Assembly: GCF_006345805.1 (NCBI RefSeq)
Contig: NC_043002.1
Coordinates: forward strand, 74,710,001 to 74,774,000
DNA: 64,000 bases
From: Octopus sinensis
Taxonomy: Eukaryota
Direction of reading: 5' to 3'
Both the position numbers and the translations under genes were made by a program. The notes beneath the pieces are model-generated. The model did no database searches and had not been told where the DNA came from. It saw only the letters and a list, made by a program, of their open reading frames with translations. Positions within the stretch are counted from its first letter, which is position 1. Each line of letters begins with the position of its first letter. This document shows, one piece after another, positions 62,639 to 64,000 of the stretch.

Positions 62639-64000
62639 AAGGCGGCAAGCTAGCAGAATTGGTAGCATGGCAGGCAAAATGCTTTGCAGAATTCCATCCA
62701 TCTTCATGTTCTGAGTTCAAATTCTGCTAAAGTTGACTTTGCTTTCATCCTTTCAGGGTTGATAAAATAAGTACCAGTTGAACACTGGGGTTGTTGTAAT
62801 TGACTAATCCCCTCCTCCGAAATTGCTGGCCTTGTGCCAAAATCAGAAATCAATATCTTGTTCACATTGTTTTTCAATAAATAATATATGATTTCACTTT
62901 TAGAGATATTGCTCTTACTACAACAAATACCATATAATGTTTAGATTTATACTATATACGACGCCTCTATGGCAACTAATATTATTTTTCTCCTAATTAA
63001 GTTTCTATTATTAATAAAATTACTATTGTCATTTAATATAGGTGTCTGTAGATAAAATTTCTTTTAAGGACAGTTAATGGTTTGTATTTGATTGATGTAA
63101 TTTTCTTGTTTCATTAGATAGTGTTACAGATTTACATAAAGTATATATATGAGATTATGGATGGTAAGAGTGACTATGAAATATATTCAGTTTAAAATAT
63201 ATCATTTTCTTCTTCATTTATTTATGGTTTAAAGGCGGTGAGCTGGCAGAAACGTTAGCATGCTGGGCGGAATGCTTAGCAGTATTTCGTCTGCCGCTAC
63301 GTTCTCAAATTCCGCCAAGGTTGACTTTGGCTTTCATCCTTTTGGGGTCGATAAATTAAGTACCAGTTACGCACTGGGGTCGATGTTTTCGACTTAATCC
63401 CTTTGTGTGTCCTTGTTTGTCCCCTCTATGTTTAGCCCCTTGTGGGCAATAAAGAAATACGAAATGTTAGCACGCTGGGTGGACTGCTTAGCAATATTTC
63501 TTCTGTCTTTACGTTCTGAGTTCAAATTCTGCCGAGGTCAACTTTGCCTTTCATCCTTGCAGGGTTGATAAATTAAGTATCAGTTGCATACTGGGTTCTG
63601 TCTAATTAACTAATTTCTATCTAATTTCAGGCCTCGTGCCTAGAGTAGAAAAGAATCATTAGCAAGTCAGTCAAGATGCTTGGTGGCATTTCTTCCAGCT
63701 CTTTATGTTCTGAATTCAAACTCTGACGCGGTCAAATTTGACTTTCATTCTTTTGCCACATGTGTGTGTGTGTGTGTGTGTGTGTCATGGGGGTGATAAA
63801 ATAAGTACCACTTGAGTATTGGAGCTGATGTAATCAGCTAACCACCTCCCTTGAAATTGATGACCTTGTGGCAATATTTGGAACCATTAAGGCGGTGAAC
63901 TGGCAGAAATGTTAGTACTCCGGGCGAAATCCTTAGTGGTATTTTGTTTGTCTTTATGTTCTGAGTTCAAATTCCGCCAAGGTCGACTTTGCCTTTCATC
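62639..64000 (+). mobile_element. Cluster of SINE family A copies (62639-62855 and a head-to-tail run of about four from 63234 to the window end)
   Basis: Repeated GGCGGTGA(G/A)CTGGCAGAAA heads, GTTCTGAGTTCAAATT B-boxes and GACTTTGCCTTTCATC domains. Confidence 0.9.

Noticed and set aside
7843-63460. tRNA-like A/B boxes at many positions
   Set aside because: All are SINE heads without a full cloverleaf, so no tRNA gene is called.

Overview
AT-rich animal genomic DNA. The repeat landscape (tRNA-derived SINEs, RTE LINE tails, dense CA/TA microsatellites) strongly resembles Octopus; this species call is recognition, not a database result. The window lies inside one large plus-strand gene, the NMD factor SMG5 (EST1B). 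I found ten internal GT-AG coding exons that splice in consistent phase into about 566 codons: 1334-1557, 6111-6245, 8795-8997, 11183-11285, 14712-15203, 17281-17385, 18032-18086, 19208-19337, 36147-36225 and 61430-61602. The N-terminus and the PIN domain lie outside the window. The introns, including ones of 16.8 kb and 25.2 kb, hold a 5'-truncated, recently inactivated RTE LINE, older RTE/BovB-like, CR1 and Jockey-like fragments, and a mariner remnant. They also hold hAT, piggyBac-like and mariner MITEs, a young non-autonomous Helitron and many SINEs. Almost all ORFs in the supplied track are microsatellite or repeat artefacts. No rRNA, intact tRNA or CRISPR array was seen. The best leads are minimal hammerhead-ribozyme-like motifs in short Penelope-type inserts, a ~450-bp local templated insertion inside a retroposon, a variable array of structured units in the RTE 3'UTR, and inverted repeats flanking exons. 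I found no convincing wholly new biological system.
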